Shown in pieces: positions 27,712 through 38,415 of a DNA stretch of 64,000 nucleotides. Location of the stretch: assembly GCA_963703185.1 (NCBI GenBank), contig OY969795.1, positions 375,968 through 439,967 of the forward strand, written 5' to 3'. This stretch comes from an uncultured Parachlamydiaceae bacterium. GTDB taxonomy: Bacteria > Chlamydiota > Chlamydiia > Chlamydiales > Parachlamydiaceae. The translations under genes and the position numbers were made by a program. Every line of letters begins with the position of its first letter. The first letter of the stretch is position 1. The notes beneath the pieces are model-generated. The model was not told the DNA's origin and searched no databases. It saw only the letters and a program-made list of their open reading frames with translations.

Positions 27712-28698
27712 TCATGCCAAAAAGAACATTTTTTGTTCAATAATATTACGCATGTCCTTAAAGTTACCGTGCAAATATTGTCTATAATTATAAACAAATA
27801 ATTTAAAGGCTAATCTTTCAGTGCTCTTTGGTCGCGGAGATACCTCTGGCGTAATAATGATATTTGGGATTTTCCAAAGGGGTGAGTGGATAGGAATGGG
27901 TGTTTGATAATACGCATCCAGCAAGATACCACGAAATTTTCCGGTCTTTGCTTCAAAAACTAATGCTTCTTCATCAATTGTAGTGCTTGCGCCGATAACA
28001 ACTAATATTGAATCGTTTTTCATCAACGCAAGTTCTTCTTTCTTAAACAAATGGTAATACTCCTGTCCTCTTAGAGGAGCTATCGAAACGACATCAGCTT
28101 CGGGTAATACAGAATGTAATTCACTCAGAAAGAACATCTTATGGCAACAAGGATGAAAGGATCTTTGCTGCACTCCCCAAACCTTCATCCCCATTTCCTT
28201 GCCCAAACGGGCAATTTCTGTCCCTATCTTCCCCAATCCAATCTGTAACAATACTCGATTTTTCAATGTCCACATCGTATCCCGACACTTGCTATCCCAC
28301 AGCAATCCCGGGAAACGGTCAATCTCCTTCCATGCAAATAAATTTTTGGCAAAAGCCAAAATTCCCGCCATTGCGTACTCGCCAATCTGCGGAATATTCT
28401 CATCTACAGTGTTGCTCACCAAAATATTCCCCCTTTTCTCGATCTCTTCCATACATAAGCGGGTTAAGTGAGGGCCGGGACAATGAATCCATTTCAATTG
28501 AGGCGCGTTGGCCAACTCCTCTTTCGTCAATCTGGCTCCATACAAGATCTCCAAGCGGCTCCAATGTTCCGAGCTCATTGTCGCATAATTGGCTTCACTC
28601 AACGATAAAAAGAGGTATTGAGGGAACTCCTTCAAAAGAAAGGTGACTTCCTGAAGGGTCATCTGCGCCTGAAGCAACGTAATATTCATGTGTTCCAA
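27712..28698 (-). CDS. D-isomer-specific 2-hydroxyacid dehydrogenase family protein
   Basis: 328 aa. NAD-binding GLGKIGTEIARLGKEMGMKV and family-typical C-terminal ...NIIITPE. Confidence 0.8.
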   Translation of the reverse strand: MEHMNITLLQAQMTLQEVTFLLKEFPQYLFLSLSEANYATMSSEHWSRLEILYGARLTKEELANAPQLKWIHCPGPHLTRLCMEEIEKRGNILVSNTVDENIPQIGEYAMAGILAFAKNLFAWKEIDRFPGLLWDSKCRDTMWTLKNRVLLQIGLGKIGTEIARLGKEMGMKVWGVQQRSFHPCCHKMFFLSELHSVLPEADVVSIAPLRGQEYYHLFKKEELALMKNDSILVVIGASTTIDEEALVFEAKTGKFRGILLDAYYQTPIPIHSPLWKIPNIIITPEVSPRPKSTERLAFKLFVYNYRQYLHGNFKDMRNIIEQKMFFLA

Positions 28699-28823
28699 TC
28701 TAACTTTAAGAGGGTTATCCTCATCTTTCCGTTTTTTGTGATTGATTTCAAACAGGAATTTAGCTATGCTCTTGCTAACATATTGAACTATCCGTAACCC
28801 AAAGCGTTTTAGGGAGATTTAAA

Positions 28824-29165
28824 ATGTACGCCATTATTAAAACTGGTGGAAAGCAATATCGCGTAAAAAAAGATGATGTCATCGATATCGAATTGCTTGA
28901 AACAACACCAGGTTCAGCCATTGAATTTAAAGAGATTTTATTCGTTTCAGACGGATCTCAAACACATGTTGGCGGCCCCACAGTAGCCGATTTTATCGTC
29001 ACTGGAGAGCTGCTCGGAGAATCTAAAGGGGAAAAAATCACCAGCGTGAAGTATATTCCCGGAAACCACTATAGAAAATTTGGTCACCGCCAAAAATATT
29101 CCCGCGTAAAAATCACCGGCATCGGCCCAAAAGAAAAGCATAAAGGGGGAAAACATGGCTCATAA
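28824..29165 (+). CDS. rplU: 50S ribosomal protein L21
   Basis: [20 protein letters not shown]... canonical L21 N-terminus. Confidence 0.95.
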   Translation: MYAIIKTGGKQYRVKKDDVIDIELLETTPGSAIEFKEILFVSDGSQTHVGGPTVADFIVTGELLGESKGEKITSVKYIPGNHYRKFGHRQKYSRVKITGIGPKEKHKGGKHGS

Positions 29166-29406
29166 GAAAGGACAAGGGTCCACCCGAAATGGTCGTGATT
29201 CTCACTCTAAACGTCTTGGAGTCAAAGTAGGCTCCGGCGAAGTGGTCAAAGCAGGTAGCATTTTGATCCGCCAACGCGGCACAAAATGGCACCCAGGCAA
29301 AAATGTAGGTCGCGGAAATGATGATACCTTGTTTGCTTTAACCGATGGAGTAGTTGCCTTCCGCAAAGTCAATAAAACTTATATTTCCATCCAATCGGGC
29401 ACGTAA
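29155..29406 (+). CDS. rpmA: 50S ribosomal protein L27
   Basis: [24 protein letters not shown]... canonical L27. Confidence 0.95.
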   Translation: MAHKKGQGSTRNGRDSHSKRLGVKVGSGEVVKAGSILIRQRGTKWHPGKNVGRGNDDTLFALTDGVVAFRKVNKTYISIQSGT

Positions 29407-29472
29407 TCTAATTTAACCGGCCGCGCGGGCATGAAGCGTGCCTGCGCAGCTGAACTAGCATACTCAAATCAC

Positions 29473-30477
29473 ATGTTCATAGATAAAGTTATCGTAGACC
29501 TCTTCGCAGGCAAAGGCGGCAACGGCGTCGTCGCTTGGCGCAAAGAAAAGTACATTCCCAAAGGCGGACCGTCAGGCGGCAATGGGGGCAAAGGGGGATC
29601 TATTCTTCTTGAAGCCGATCCTCAAATTTTTTCTTTGGAGGACTTCCGCAATCGGCGCATTTTAAAAGCTGAGAATGGAGCTGCCGGCGGTTCGAATAAT
29701 AGGCAAGGGCGTACCGGTAAAGATTTAATCTTAAAAATTCCTTGCGGAACTCTGGTCAAGGATGCCGCTACCGGAGAGATCCTTCACGATTTTACTCATG
29801 AAAAAGAGCAGTGGATCATTTGTAAAGGGGGCCGCGGCGGACGGGGCAATTCCAGTTTTAAAAGCCCAACGCATCGTGCGCCAACGATTTGCACGGAGGG
29901 CACCGCAGGCCAATCTAGGCAAGTGGAGCTTGAATTAAAACTCATCGCAGATGTCGGTCTCGTTGGATTCCCCAATGCCGGAAAATCAACCTTAATTTCA
30001 GCATTGGCTTCAGTCAAAGTCAAAATTGCACCCTATCCTTTTACGACCTTGCAGCCCAATATCGGGTTTATTGAATGTGAAGACTATTCCCGGATTTTTA
30101 TAGCCGATATTCCCGGCATTATCGAAGGCGCACACCGCAACCGCGGTTTGGGCTTTGAATTCCTCCGGCATATTGAACGCACAAAGTTGCTGCTTTTTAT
30201 TTTGGATGCTTCGGGAATCGACGGAAGGAATCCTGTGGATGACTATAAGGTGCTTCGTGAAGAAATTAAATTATACAATCCTGAGATGCTCGAGCGCCCC
30301 TATTTGATTGTCCTGAATAAAATTGATGTGGAAGAAGCGCAAGAAAATCTTAAAACATTTCATAAAAAATTCCAGCGTGAAAAAGCACATACATTGGAAA
30401 TTTCGGCTGAACACGGCGAAGGGCTTGAGGCACTGCTAGATGCCATCAAGCAACATGCCTTGGCCAAAACTCAGTGA
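29473..30477 (+). CDS. obg: GTPase Obg/CgtA
   Basis: MFIDKVIVDLFAGKGGNGVVAWRKEKY, glycine-rich Obg fold, G1 GFPNAGKST. The start is taken at the conserved MFID, inside ORF 29431-30477. Confidence 0.9.
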   Translation: MFIDKVIVDLFAGKGGNGVVAWRKEKYIPKGGPSGGNGGKGGSILLEADPQIFSLEDFRNRRILKAENGAAGGSNNRQGRTGKDLILKIPCGTLVKDAATGEILHDFTHEKEQWIICKGGRGGRGNSSFKSPTHRAPTICTEGTAGQSRQVELELKLIADVGLVGFPNAGKSTLISALASVKVKIAPYPFTTLQPNIGFIECEDYSRIFIADIPGIIEGAHRNRGLGFEFLRHIERTKLLLFILDASGIDGRNPVDDYKVLREEIKLYNPEMLERPYLIVLNKIDVEEAQENLKTFHKKFQREKAHTLEISAEHGEGLEALLDAIKQHALAKTQ

Positions 30478-31313
30478 TTTTCAGCCAAATATTTAGGCTG
30501 AATCTGTTTTCCATTTAAAGCATTCCAAAAGCTCGTCATGATCGATCCATCAGGATTTGAGACTTCGATGCAATAGACGGGTAAGAAGACCTCTGTGGCA
30601 TTCTTAATTGTAAATTCAGAGCCAAAAGCTGCTGCAGCTAAATCTTCAATTTGATTTTGAGTATATTTCGCTTTGATCCGCTGGGCATGATTATACGGCT
30701 TTGTCACTAGCCACTGCGTGATCTTAGTCTCTGGTGCCACTAAGATTTTGGGGTTTTGAATATGAAGTTGAACCCTATCCCCTCTTATCGTGATTAAATG
30801 CTTTTGACGAGCACTTTCAAGCCATGGGGCTAATGTTTGAGTTTCAATGCGAAGTTCATGCTGCAGTTCTTCTTTACTCATAGTGCCATTATTTTTTGCC
30901 AAGGCGTTTAAGATCTTGAATTCTGAGGGCATCGCTTTAGAACGGAGCGCCTCTTCAAAACCATACGATTTTTCCCAGTTATCTGTATTAATGACCATTT
31001 CTCCATCGACCAAGCTCCACAATACCACCCCTTCACGCGTTTTTTTGTCAGGCGTTAAGTATTTGGCTTCAATGAGAAGATAAGGGTGGAATTTAAGCTC
31101 CGGTTCATTGAAAGCATGCATATTATCTTTTAATAACGTTTGCCGATTGGTTTCCATGATCTGCTGAGGAGTGAAACGCGCTTCCAAGGTAAGAAACTCT
31201 CCATTATCGACATATTCAGCCAGGAAATTGCGGAAGGAGGTGTTGTAATTCCAAGCATACCATCCTCCGAAGATTAAGACAGCCAGAGTCATCAAAGTGA
31301 TTGTAACGCGCAT
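30471..31313 (-). CDS. Hypothetical membrane-anchored protein
   Basis: 280-aa ORF with an N-terminal TM segment (VTITLMTLAVLIFGGWYAW). No family recognised. Confidence 0.6.
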   Translation of the reverse strand: MRVTITLMTLAVLIFGGWYAWNYNTSFRNFLAEYVDNGEFLTLEARFTPQQIMETNRQTLLKDNMHAFNEPELKFHPYLLIEAKYLTPDKKTREGVVLWSLVDGEMVINTDNWEKSYGFEEALRSKAMPSEFKILNALAKNNGTMSKEELQHELRIETQTLAPWLESARQKHLITIRGDRVQLHIQNPKILVAPETKITQWLVTKPYNHAQRIKAKYTQNQIEDLAAAAFGSEFTIKNATEVFLPVYCIEVSNPDGSIMTSFWNALNGKQIQPKYLAENH

Positions 31314-31430
31314 GGAACCTCATTGCTAAGATTTGCAAATTGTCTTTGACGAAATTCATAACTTTATTCTCAATTGCTGTCAAGCTAGATAGCGTTACAC
31401 TGCTCCGCACCTCTCGAGTTTGGGCACCAA

Positions 31431-31501
31431 GGCGTTATGGCTCTAAACTTCTAATTCAACGCAATCTTTGCGTTGAATTAGAAGTTTAGAGCCATAATGC
31501 C
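31431..31501. repeat. 71-nt near-perfect palindrome (34-bp arms, 3-nt loop)
   Basis: ggcgttatggctctaaacttctaattcaacgcaa-tct-ttgcgttgaattagaagtttagagccataatgcc. 33 of 34 arm positions pair. Confidence 0.9.
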
Positions 31502-31539
31502 TTGAAAGATTTTTAAATAATTGAAAATGAAAAAAAAGA

Positions 31540-32277
31540 CTATTTTTTTCGGACGTCGATTTGCTGCATCATTCTTTCAATAGCTTTACGCTCTGAACCG
31601 GTCACATTAAGCGCTCCGGACGTAAAAAGAGTTTTGAACCCTTCGAATTTTTCCTTGTCAATTGGTTTACCATTTTTAATGTCGGTCAAAACTTCGTAAG
31701 CGATTAAATTTTCTTCCGCATGATTATCTTCTAAAAATGCAGAAAGACGCCCACGTAACTTTGGATTACTAATAATTTCATCTAGTGCTTTTTCTTTTAC
31801 TGCCTTTTCTTTTATTGCTTTTTCTTTAGATTCAAAATCAATTTTAACATCCTGAAATTCCTGATCGAGACGCATACGCACTATATTATCACGGATTCCC
31901 GTTCCAAAACCTGTAGTTGCATGTGCGATATCATTTTGATCTTCTTTTGAAAGCCCAAGCTCTTCCAGTTTAAAAGTTTTAGCCTCTTTAGCCTCTTCTG
32001 GCTTGACAGATACATTTTTTGAAATAATACTGCTAAATAAGAAGTTTATTTTACTTTGAATGGCAGCCTTTAGATCGGAAAATGCCGCTTTTACTCGATT
32101 TTTTAAAGATATTAAACTGGGTTCTTCTTTTATTTCTTTTAGGACAGATAAACCAGCATTTCTGACTTTTTCATCTTGAATGGCAGGTTTTTGCGTAGCT
32201 TCCCCTCTTCCTTGAGAAATAAGGGGTGAAGTTTCTGAAGAAACTCCGGGTGTTAAATTCTCCATATACCCTTCCAT
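31540..32277 (-). CDS. Hypothetical protein with possible RGS-like C-terminal segment
   Basis: 245-aa ORF. LDEIISNPKLRGRLSAFLEDNHAEENLIAYEVLTDIK...FTSGALNVTGSERKAI resembles the first half of RGS domains (F..FL..E.sEENL.FW). The domain call is tentative. Confidence 0.6.
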   Translation of the reverse strand: MEGYMENLTPGVSSETSPLISQGRGEATQKPAIQDEKVRNAGLSVLKEIKEEPSLISLKNRVKAAFSDLKAAIQSKINFLFSSIISKNVSVKPEEAKEAKTFKLEELGLSKEDQNDIAHATTGFGTGIRDNIVRMRLDQEFQDVKIDFESKEKAIKEKAVKEKALDEIISNPKLRGRLSAFLEDNHAEENLIAYEVLTDIKNGKPIDKEKFEGFKTLFTSGALNVTGSERKAIERMMQQIDVRKK

Positions 32278-32452
32278 TAACTACATAATACCATTTTTTT
32301 TAAATTTAATATATAAATAGTTAAAAATTAAAAAGATAACCAACTAAAATCAAAATACAAAAACGCCAAGGCGCCATCTGCAAAAGAATGAATTCTATCC
32401 AATTGCATCTTAGAATCTTAGCGTCTTTACCTTTAATTTACGGCTTTATTAG

Positions 32453-33829
32453 CTACTCTTTCATCGATAAAAGGAATTCGACATTGGTATTGGTTTTTTT
32501 CAGTTTACTCAACAACAAATTCATCGCATCACCAGGAGCTAAATCGGCGATGGCCTGTCTGAGCAGATAGACTTTTTCTCTTTCATGCGGGTGGTATAAG
32601 AGCTCCTCTTTGCGGGTTCCACTCTTCATCAGATCGACAGCCGGGAAGAGGCGGCGATCGGCCAAGCGGCGATCAAGCCAAAGTTCCATATTACCTGTTC
32701 CCTTGAACTCCTCGAAGATCACCTCATCCATCCTTGAACCGGTGTCAATCAAAGCGGTCGCGATAATAGTCAAAGAACCGCCTTGTTCGATATTTCTGGC
32801 TGCTCCGAAAAACCGTTTTGGCTTATGCAACGCGTTCGCATCGATGCCGCCGGTGAGGATCTTGCCGGAGTGAGGTTGAATGGTATTATAAGCACGGGCG
32901 AGACGTGTAATAGAATCCAATAAAATAACGACATCGTTGCCATGCTCAACAAGCCTGCGCGCTTTTTCAATGACCATTTCAGCCACTTGAACGTGCCTTT
33001 CGGGTGGTTCGTCAAAAGTGGAAGCGATCACTTCACCTCGGACACTGCGCTGCATATCGGTCACCTCTTCGGGCCGTTCATCGATCAGCAAGACAATCAA
33101 CATCACTTCGGGATTATTGATTGCAATGGCATTGGCGATATTTTGCAAAATAATGGTCTTACCGGTGCGAGGAGGAGCTACAATCAGACCCCGTTGACCC
33201 TTACCGACCGGAGCGGCTAAGTCAAGCACTCGTGTGGTTAACAATTCTTTGGATGTTTCCATGACGATCCGTTGATTTGGATAAAGCGGTGTCAAGTTTT
33301 CAAACAGAATGCGTTCACGAGCTTTTTCAGGAGATGTGCCGTTGATTCCATCCACTTTTAACAAGGCGAAATATTTCTCTTTTTCTTTGGGTGGACGGAT
33401 GGTGCCGCTTAATGTATCCCCTTTTTTGAGGTCGAAGCGGCGAATTTGTGCAGGTGAAACGTAGATATCTTCAGCAGAGGGAAGATAATTATAGTTAGGC
33501 GAACGGAGGAAACCAAAACCATCCGGCAAAATTTCCAAAACCCCCTCTCCATAAAGAGTTTCATTGGGATTTTCAGAAATCGCTTTAACGATTTCGAAGA
33601 CCATTTGCGATTTAGTGAGCGATCCGAGATGCTTTAAGCCGATTTTTTTTCCATACACATTCAACTGGTCGATGTTCATGCGTTGGATTTCAGCGATTTT
33701 TATAATGGTTCCGGGAGGGCGCTCGGCCGCGGCCTCTCTATGATTACCTTCAGATGCATCATTTCTTTCGGGGATCGATCCCTCCTCAAAGGCTGATGCA
33801 CCTTCATGAGATGAATTTTCGGGATTCAT
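32453..33829 (-). CDS. rho: Transcription termination factor Rho
   Basis: 458 aa. RNA-binding GFGFLR, Walker A APPRTGKT and a conserved C-terminus. Confidence 0.95.
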   Translation of the reverse strand: MNPENSSHEGASAFEEGSIPERNDASEGNHREAAAERPPGTIIKIAEIQRMNIDQLNVYGKKIGLKHLGSLTKSQMVFEIVKAISENPNETLYGEGVLEILPDGFGFLRSPNYNYLPSAEDIYVSPAQIRRFDLKKGDTLSGTIRPPKEKEKYFALLKVDGINGTSPEKARERILFENLTPLYPNQRIVMETSKELLTTRVLDLAAPVGKGQRGLIVAPPRTGKTIILQNIANAIAINNPEVMLIVLLIDERPEEVTDMQRSVRGEVIASTFDEPPERHVQVAEMVIEKARRLVEHGNDVVILLDSITRLARAYNTIQPHSGKILTGGIDANALHKPKRFFGAARNIEQGGSLTIIATALIDTGSRMDEVIFEEFKGTGNMELWLDRRLADRRLFPAVDLMKSGTRKEELLYHPHEREKVYLLRQAIADLAPGDAMNLLLSKLKKTNTNVEFLLSMKE

Positions 33830-33883
33830 TCAGGATTAACTCCTAAGTTATAATTTGATTGATAAAGAGATGGATTTATAAAC

Positions 33884-34504
33884 CTATTGAACGATTTTAT
33901 GATAAAGATCCACAACGGCGCGATGCAAGTCTTCAAAAGAGCCATTGTTATAGATGACAAAGTCGGCTTTTTCCGCTTTTGTTTCTGGAGGCAACTGTCT
34001 TGACATTCTTTTTTCATATTCTTCTTCGTCATATCCGGTTGATTTGGTAAACCGTTCTTGACATTTTTGCTTGTCAGCCACAATAGCGATCGTATAGTCA
34101 TATGTTCCACTGGCACTCAAGAGATCGCTTTCGAAAAACAGTGGTATTTCCGCCACATAAAGGGTAGCTCTACCTTCGCTGCATGCTTGGCGATATTGAG
34201 CCTCGATTTCTGCACGCACTGCCGGATGAGTAATTTGCTCTAATGATTGTAGTAAATTTGGGTTTTTGAATACCTTTTTTGCGATTTTTGCGCGGTCTAT
34301 GCGATTTTGTTCAACGATATCAGAACCTAGTAGCTTAATCACTTGTCGACCACTACTTGTTTCGGGAGACAATAGCTGATGCACCACTTCGTCAGCACTG
34401 ATGATATAAGCGCCAAGTTCCTTAAAGATACGGCAAACCGAAGACTTGCCACATGAAAGACCGCCCGTAACGGCTATTTTCTTTAAAGTTAACATTCTTT
34501 CCAA
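33884..34504 (-). CDS. coaE: Dephospho-CoA kinase
   Basis: IAVTGGLSCGKSSV P-loop. About 200 aa. Overlaps the polA stop. Confidence 0.9.
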   Translation of the reverse strand: MERMLTLKKIAVTGGLSCGKSSVCRIFKELGAYIISADEVVHQLLSPETSSGRQVIKLLGSDIVEQNRIDRAKIAKKVFKNPNLLQSLEQITHPAVRAEIEAQYRQACSEGRATLYVAEIPLFFESDLLSASGTYDYTIAIVADKQKCQERFTKSTGYDEEEYEKRMSRQLPPETKAEKADFVIYNNGSFEDLHRAVVDLYHKIVQ

Positions 34505-37167
34505 TTTTTGCCAATAGCAATATCTACCACTAACGGCACTTTAAGTTTAAAAACATGTTCCATAGCATCGCGAACTAGGGGTTCAAAATCGATTAATTCA
34601 AAATCAGGAACCTCAAAAATCAACTCATCATGGATCTGTAAGATCATATACCCTAATTTCCTCTCTTTGCGCAAGGCTTCGTCAATGCGCAACATGGCCA
34701 TTTTTATTAAATCGGCTGCTGTTCCTTGAAAAGGGGTATTAATAGCTAGCCGCTCGGCTTGCGCGCGCAGCATCGCATTTTTACTATGGATTTCAGGCAA
34801 AAGCCTTTCCCTGCCCGTATAAGTGACCGCTTTGCCGGTTTTGCGCGCCTGTTCTTTGCAAGCCTCTAAATATTCCCTTACACGTTGGAAACGGTGAAAG
34901 TAGGTTTCAATAAATATTGCCGCTTGAGATGTTGAAATATTTAATTCCTGCGATAACCCAAATGCCTGCTGTCCGTAAATAATACCAAAATTAACCGCTT
35001 TAGCACTTTGCCGCTGCTCTTTTGACACTTCTTTGACGGCTATATTATAAATAGCCGCAGCCGTATGCACATGGATATCTTCATTATTCTTGAAAGCAGC
35101 AATCAGATCGGGATCTTCGCTTAAGTGCGCCAGCAGCCGCAATTCGATTTGGGAATAGTCGCCGGCCAGATAACTCCAGCCTAGTTTTGAGGGGCGGAAG
35201 GCTTCGCGGATTTTGCGTCCCATTTCCGAGCGCACAGGAATATTTTGCAGGTTGGGATCTTGGCAAGACAACCTTCCTGTGGCAGCTACTGATTGATTAA
35301 ACGTGCAGTGGATCCGGTTGGTCTTAGGATGGACCTCTTCGGGTAAACTGTCCACATAGGTCGAGCGCAGCTTCTCTAATTTACGATATTCCTGCACTTT
35401 GCCGACGATCGGATAATCCTTTTTGAGAAGATCTAAGATCTCCTCGCTTGTCGAAAAATCCCCGGATCGCCTTTTGGGATAAGGAATCTGCAATTTTTCA
35501 AAAAGAATCTTTCTTAGCTGCAACGGCGAGTTGATATTGAAATTTTCTCCCGCTAAATCGTGGATCTCCTTTTCAAGCCCTAAGCTCTCATGCTGGATTT
35601 CTGCAGACATCTCTTTAAGGCGCGATACATCGACATAGATGCCGTGTCTTTCCATTTCAGCCAAAACCATCATTAAAGGAAGCTCAAGCTTGAAAAAAAT
35701 ATTTTCTAGCTTTCGCTCGCGTAGCTGAACGGCTTGCGCCAATTTAAGGCGGCAGGTGTAGTCGACATCTTCGCAACAGTAGTCTTTGACTTTATCGATC
35801 AGCACTTCCCGCATCGTCACCTGCTTTTTCCCCTTGCCGATCAGTTCGGTGATATCGATTTTTACTTTGCCGAAATAATCGACGGCTAAAGTATCTAACG
35901 AATGCTGCCGTTGATGGGAGTTTAAAATATAGGAAGCTAAAATAGTGTCGAAGCCAATGTGTTTAACTTTAATGCCGTAATTTGAAAGGACATGGTAATC
36001 ATACTTGACATGATGTCCATAAAATCCAATGTTTGGATTCTCCATCAAAGGTTTGATCCCTTTTAACACCCGTTCAAGCCCTAAATTTCCATTAACAGGT
36101 ACATACCAAGCTTTTTTAGGTTCAACGCAAAATCCTATTCCAACCAATTCAGCTAAAAACGGTTTAAAATGGGTGGTTTCTGTATCAAAACACACTTCGG
36201 TTTGATTATTTAAATATGTTAAAAGTTCATTGAAAGAGGCTTCATCATCGACAAGCCGGTAATCCACCTCTTCTTGTACGGTTTGAACGGGCGCTGACCC
36301 TGTATCTACACCCATTTGATCGAGCTCGCGGATCAATGAATTGAAATTCATCGAAGCATAAAAATCCTTAAGCGCTTCTTTATCGGGGGGCTTCAAGGCA
36401 AAAAAATCTTTTTCCTTAGGAAAATCCACATGCGTATCGATAGTGACCAATCGCTTGCTTAACCGGGCTTTCTCTCCCTCTTGCTGCACTGTTTCTTGCT
36501 TTTTGTTACCGGGGATTTCTTCAGGATGGTCCAAGATATATTCCAAAGTCCCTAAGCTTTTAAGAAGTTCGGCGGCCGTTTTTGGCCCAAATCCCGGTAG
36601 TCCTGGCACGTTATCGGAACTGTCGCCAACTAAGGCAAGGAGATCGATCATTTTTTCTGGCGGCACCCCGTGGATTTTTTCCACTTCCTTGGCATCGATC
36701 AGCTGATTATCTTTATTTGTGTTAAGAATCATGACTTTATCATTAACCAATTGGCACATATCTTTATCGCCTGTGCACAAATAAACCAAGGTATCGTACT
36801 GGACCGCCCATTTAGCCACGCTGCCCATCACATCATCAGCCTCAGCCTCGGGCACATTGAGCATCGGAATACCCATCAAACCGCAAAATTCGCGCGCCCA
36901 ATCGATCTGATAACGCAGATCGAGCGGCATGGCCAAACGGTGGGCTTTGTAATCGGGATAGATTTGGATCCGCTTTATGGCATTGCGAGGACCGTCGAAA
37001 ACGGCTACGAGGTGGTCGGGATGGAAATCTTTGATCAGTTTTAGCAAAGAACGGATAAACCCGAATAAAGCATTAGTAGATTCCCCTTTGGCGTTCGTCA
37101 TGTTGCGGATGGCGAAATAATTTCGATAAACATATCCTGAAGCATCAAGGACATACAAAGTTTTCAT
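34489..37167 (-). CDS. polA: DNA polymerase I
   Basis: 892 aa. 5'-nuclease N-terminus, 3'-5' exo-like domain, and polymerase motifs DYSQIELR, RQSAKAVNFGIIYG and QIHDELIFE. Confidence 0.95.
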   Translation of the reverse strand: MKTLYVLDASGYVYRNYFAIRNMTNAKGESTNALFGFIRSLLKLIKDFHPDHLVAVFDGPRNAIKRIQIYPDYKAHRLAMPLDLRYQIDWAREFCGLMGIPMLNVPEAEADDVMGSVAKWAVQYDTLVYLCTGDKDMCQLVNDKVMILNTNKDNQLIDAKEVEKIHGVPPEKMIDLLALVGDSSDNVPGLPGFGPKTAAELLKSLGTLEYILDHPEEIPGNKKQETVQQEGEKARLSKRLVTIDTHVDFPKEKDFFALKPPDKEALKDFYASMNFNSLIRELDQMGVDTGSAPVQTVQEEVDYRLVDDEASFNELLTYLNNQTEVCFDTETTHFKPFLAELVGIGFCVEPKKAWYVPVNGNLGLERVLKGIKPLMENPNIGFYGHHVKYDYHVLSNYGIKVKHIGFDTILASYILNSHQRQHSLDTLAVDYFGKVKIDITELIGKGKKQVTMREVLIDKVKDYCCEDVDYTCRLKLAQAVQLRERKLENIFFKLELPLMMVLAEMERHGIYVDVSRLKEMSAEIQHESLGLEKEIHDLAGENFNINSPLQLRKILFEKLQIPYPKRRSGDFSTSEEILDLLKKDYPIVGKVQEYRKLEKLRSTYVDSLPEEVHPKTNRIHCTFNQSVAATGRLSCQDPNLQNIPVRSEMGRKIREAFRPSKLGWSYLAGDYSQIELRLLAHLSEDPDLIAAFKNNEDIHVHTAAAIYNIAVKEVSKEQRQSAKAVNFGIIYGQQAFGLSQELNISTSQAAIFIETYFHRFQRVREYLEACKEQARKTGKAVTYTGRERLLPEIHSKNAMLRAQAERLAINTPFQGTAADLIKMAMLRIDEALRKERKLGYMILQIHDELIFEVPDFELIDFEPLVRDAMEHVFKLKVPLVVDIAIGKNWKEC

Positions 37168-37371
37168 TTTAAACCATCATAGTGATCAATTGGATGAGGC
37201 TCTATTGTTTTTTACTTTTATTAATTTTGTCAATCATATTGATTAACTAAAATAATTGACAAAATCATGCGAATTGTTTTATGGATAGTTTTAATAAATA
37301 ATATTCCTCCTAGACTATCTAATAAGCGACTCGTACTGGGAAAATTTGAAAAAAATTAACCAAGGAATTGT

Positions 37372-38400
37372 ATGTTGAGCTTTAAAAGATTGCTATTGCT
37401 AGGGAGTGCCCTGGCAGCTCTTTGCTCAGGAACATCGACTCCCCTTGATGCTTCCTGCCACAGTGTCTGCATCGACCCTTGGAACAGTCTCAGCCTTTCG
37501 GGCGGCTGGCGAAGAGATTCCATAGACAATAACGTCCATGGAACAATAGCAGGAACACTGCCAGGCAGTCGAACAAATATCTTTAAAGAAAAATTAAGGA
37601 TTAAAAAGTTAGATGTTTGGCAAGTAGGCACCCAGCTTCATTTATCACTGCCTAACTGCAGCAATTGCTGCTGCTGTTGCGGTGAAGATTGGTGGTGGCT
37701 CGATCAATTTTATATCCGCGGTTCAGCTTACAGAGGCTGGATCAGCAATGGAAGATACAGTTCCACGACCAATTTTTCCTTATTACCTCCCTCCACTGTT
37801 ACTCAAAGTGCTTCCATACACAAAGGGCGCACTGTTGATGGAACCGTAGGCTTTGGCTTTCTCTATCCTATCTGCGACGATATAGCTGTTGGCCCTATCG
37901 GCGGCTGGTCTTATGACCAAGTCAGAGTTTCTACAAAACGTGCCGAATTGGATGGCATCGATGATTCCGTTTTTAGCGGTTCAACCTTTACTTCTACTTG
38001 GAGAGGCCCTTGGGCTGGATTTGATTTCGTTTACCATTGGTGTTTTTGCGACTCCCTAGCTTTGCGCTTTGACGGAGGTTACGAATATCATTGGGCCACA
38101 TGGAAAAGTTCATTTAGACCAAATAATGACATTCTTCCTTGTCAGTTATTTGCAACCCGCGGCCATTCTCATGATGCGTGGGGGCAAGCGGGCTATTTGA
38201 ATGCCTGGTGGAATATTTGCAAATGCTGGGATGTCGGCATCGGTGTGAAATATCAATTTTGGAAAGCGAAAAAGGGTTCTGTACGTCCTACAACAAATAG
38301 TTTTGCAGGCATGGGCTGCGATCCAACAGAAAGGAATAAACTCAAGAATGCCGGCTGGCGCTCGCTCGGTGTTACATTGGATCTAGCTTATACGTTCTAG
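37372..38400 (+). CDS. Cysteine-rich putative beta-barrel outer-membrane protein
   Basis: Signal peptide MLSFKRLLLLGSALAALCSG. Alternating aromatic/Gly-rich strands. C-terminal ...LDLAYTF. Contains CSNCCCCCGEDWWW. Confidence 0.6.
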   Translation: MLSFKRLLLLGSALAALCSGTSTPLDASCHSVCIDPWNSLSLSGGWRRDSIDNNVHGTIAGTLPGSRTNIFKEKLRIKKLDVWQVGTQLHLSLPNCSNCCCCCGEDWWWLDQFYIRGSAYRGWISNGRYSSTTNFSLLPPSTVTQSASIHKGRTVDGTVGFGFLYPICDDIAVGPIGGWSYDQVRVSTKRAELDGIDDSVFSGSTFTSTWRGPWAGFDFVYHWCFCDSLALRFDGGYEYHWATWKSSFRPNNDILPCQLFATRGHSHDAWGQAGYLNAWWNICKCWDVGIGVKYQFWKAKKGSVRPTTNSFAGMGCDPTERNKLKNAGWRSLGVTLDLAYTF

Positions 38401-38415
38401 TGCCCTGCCGTTCCT

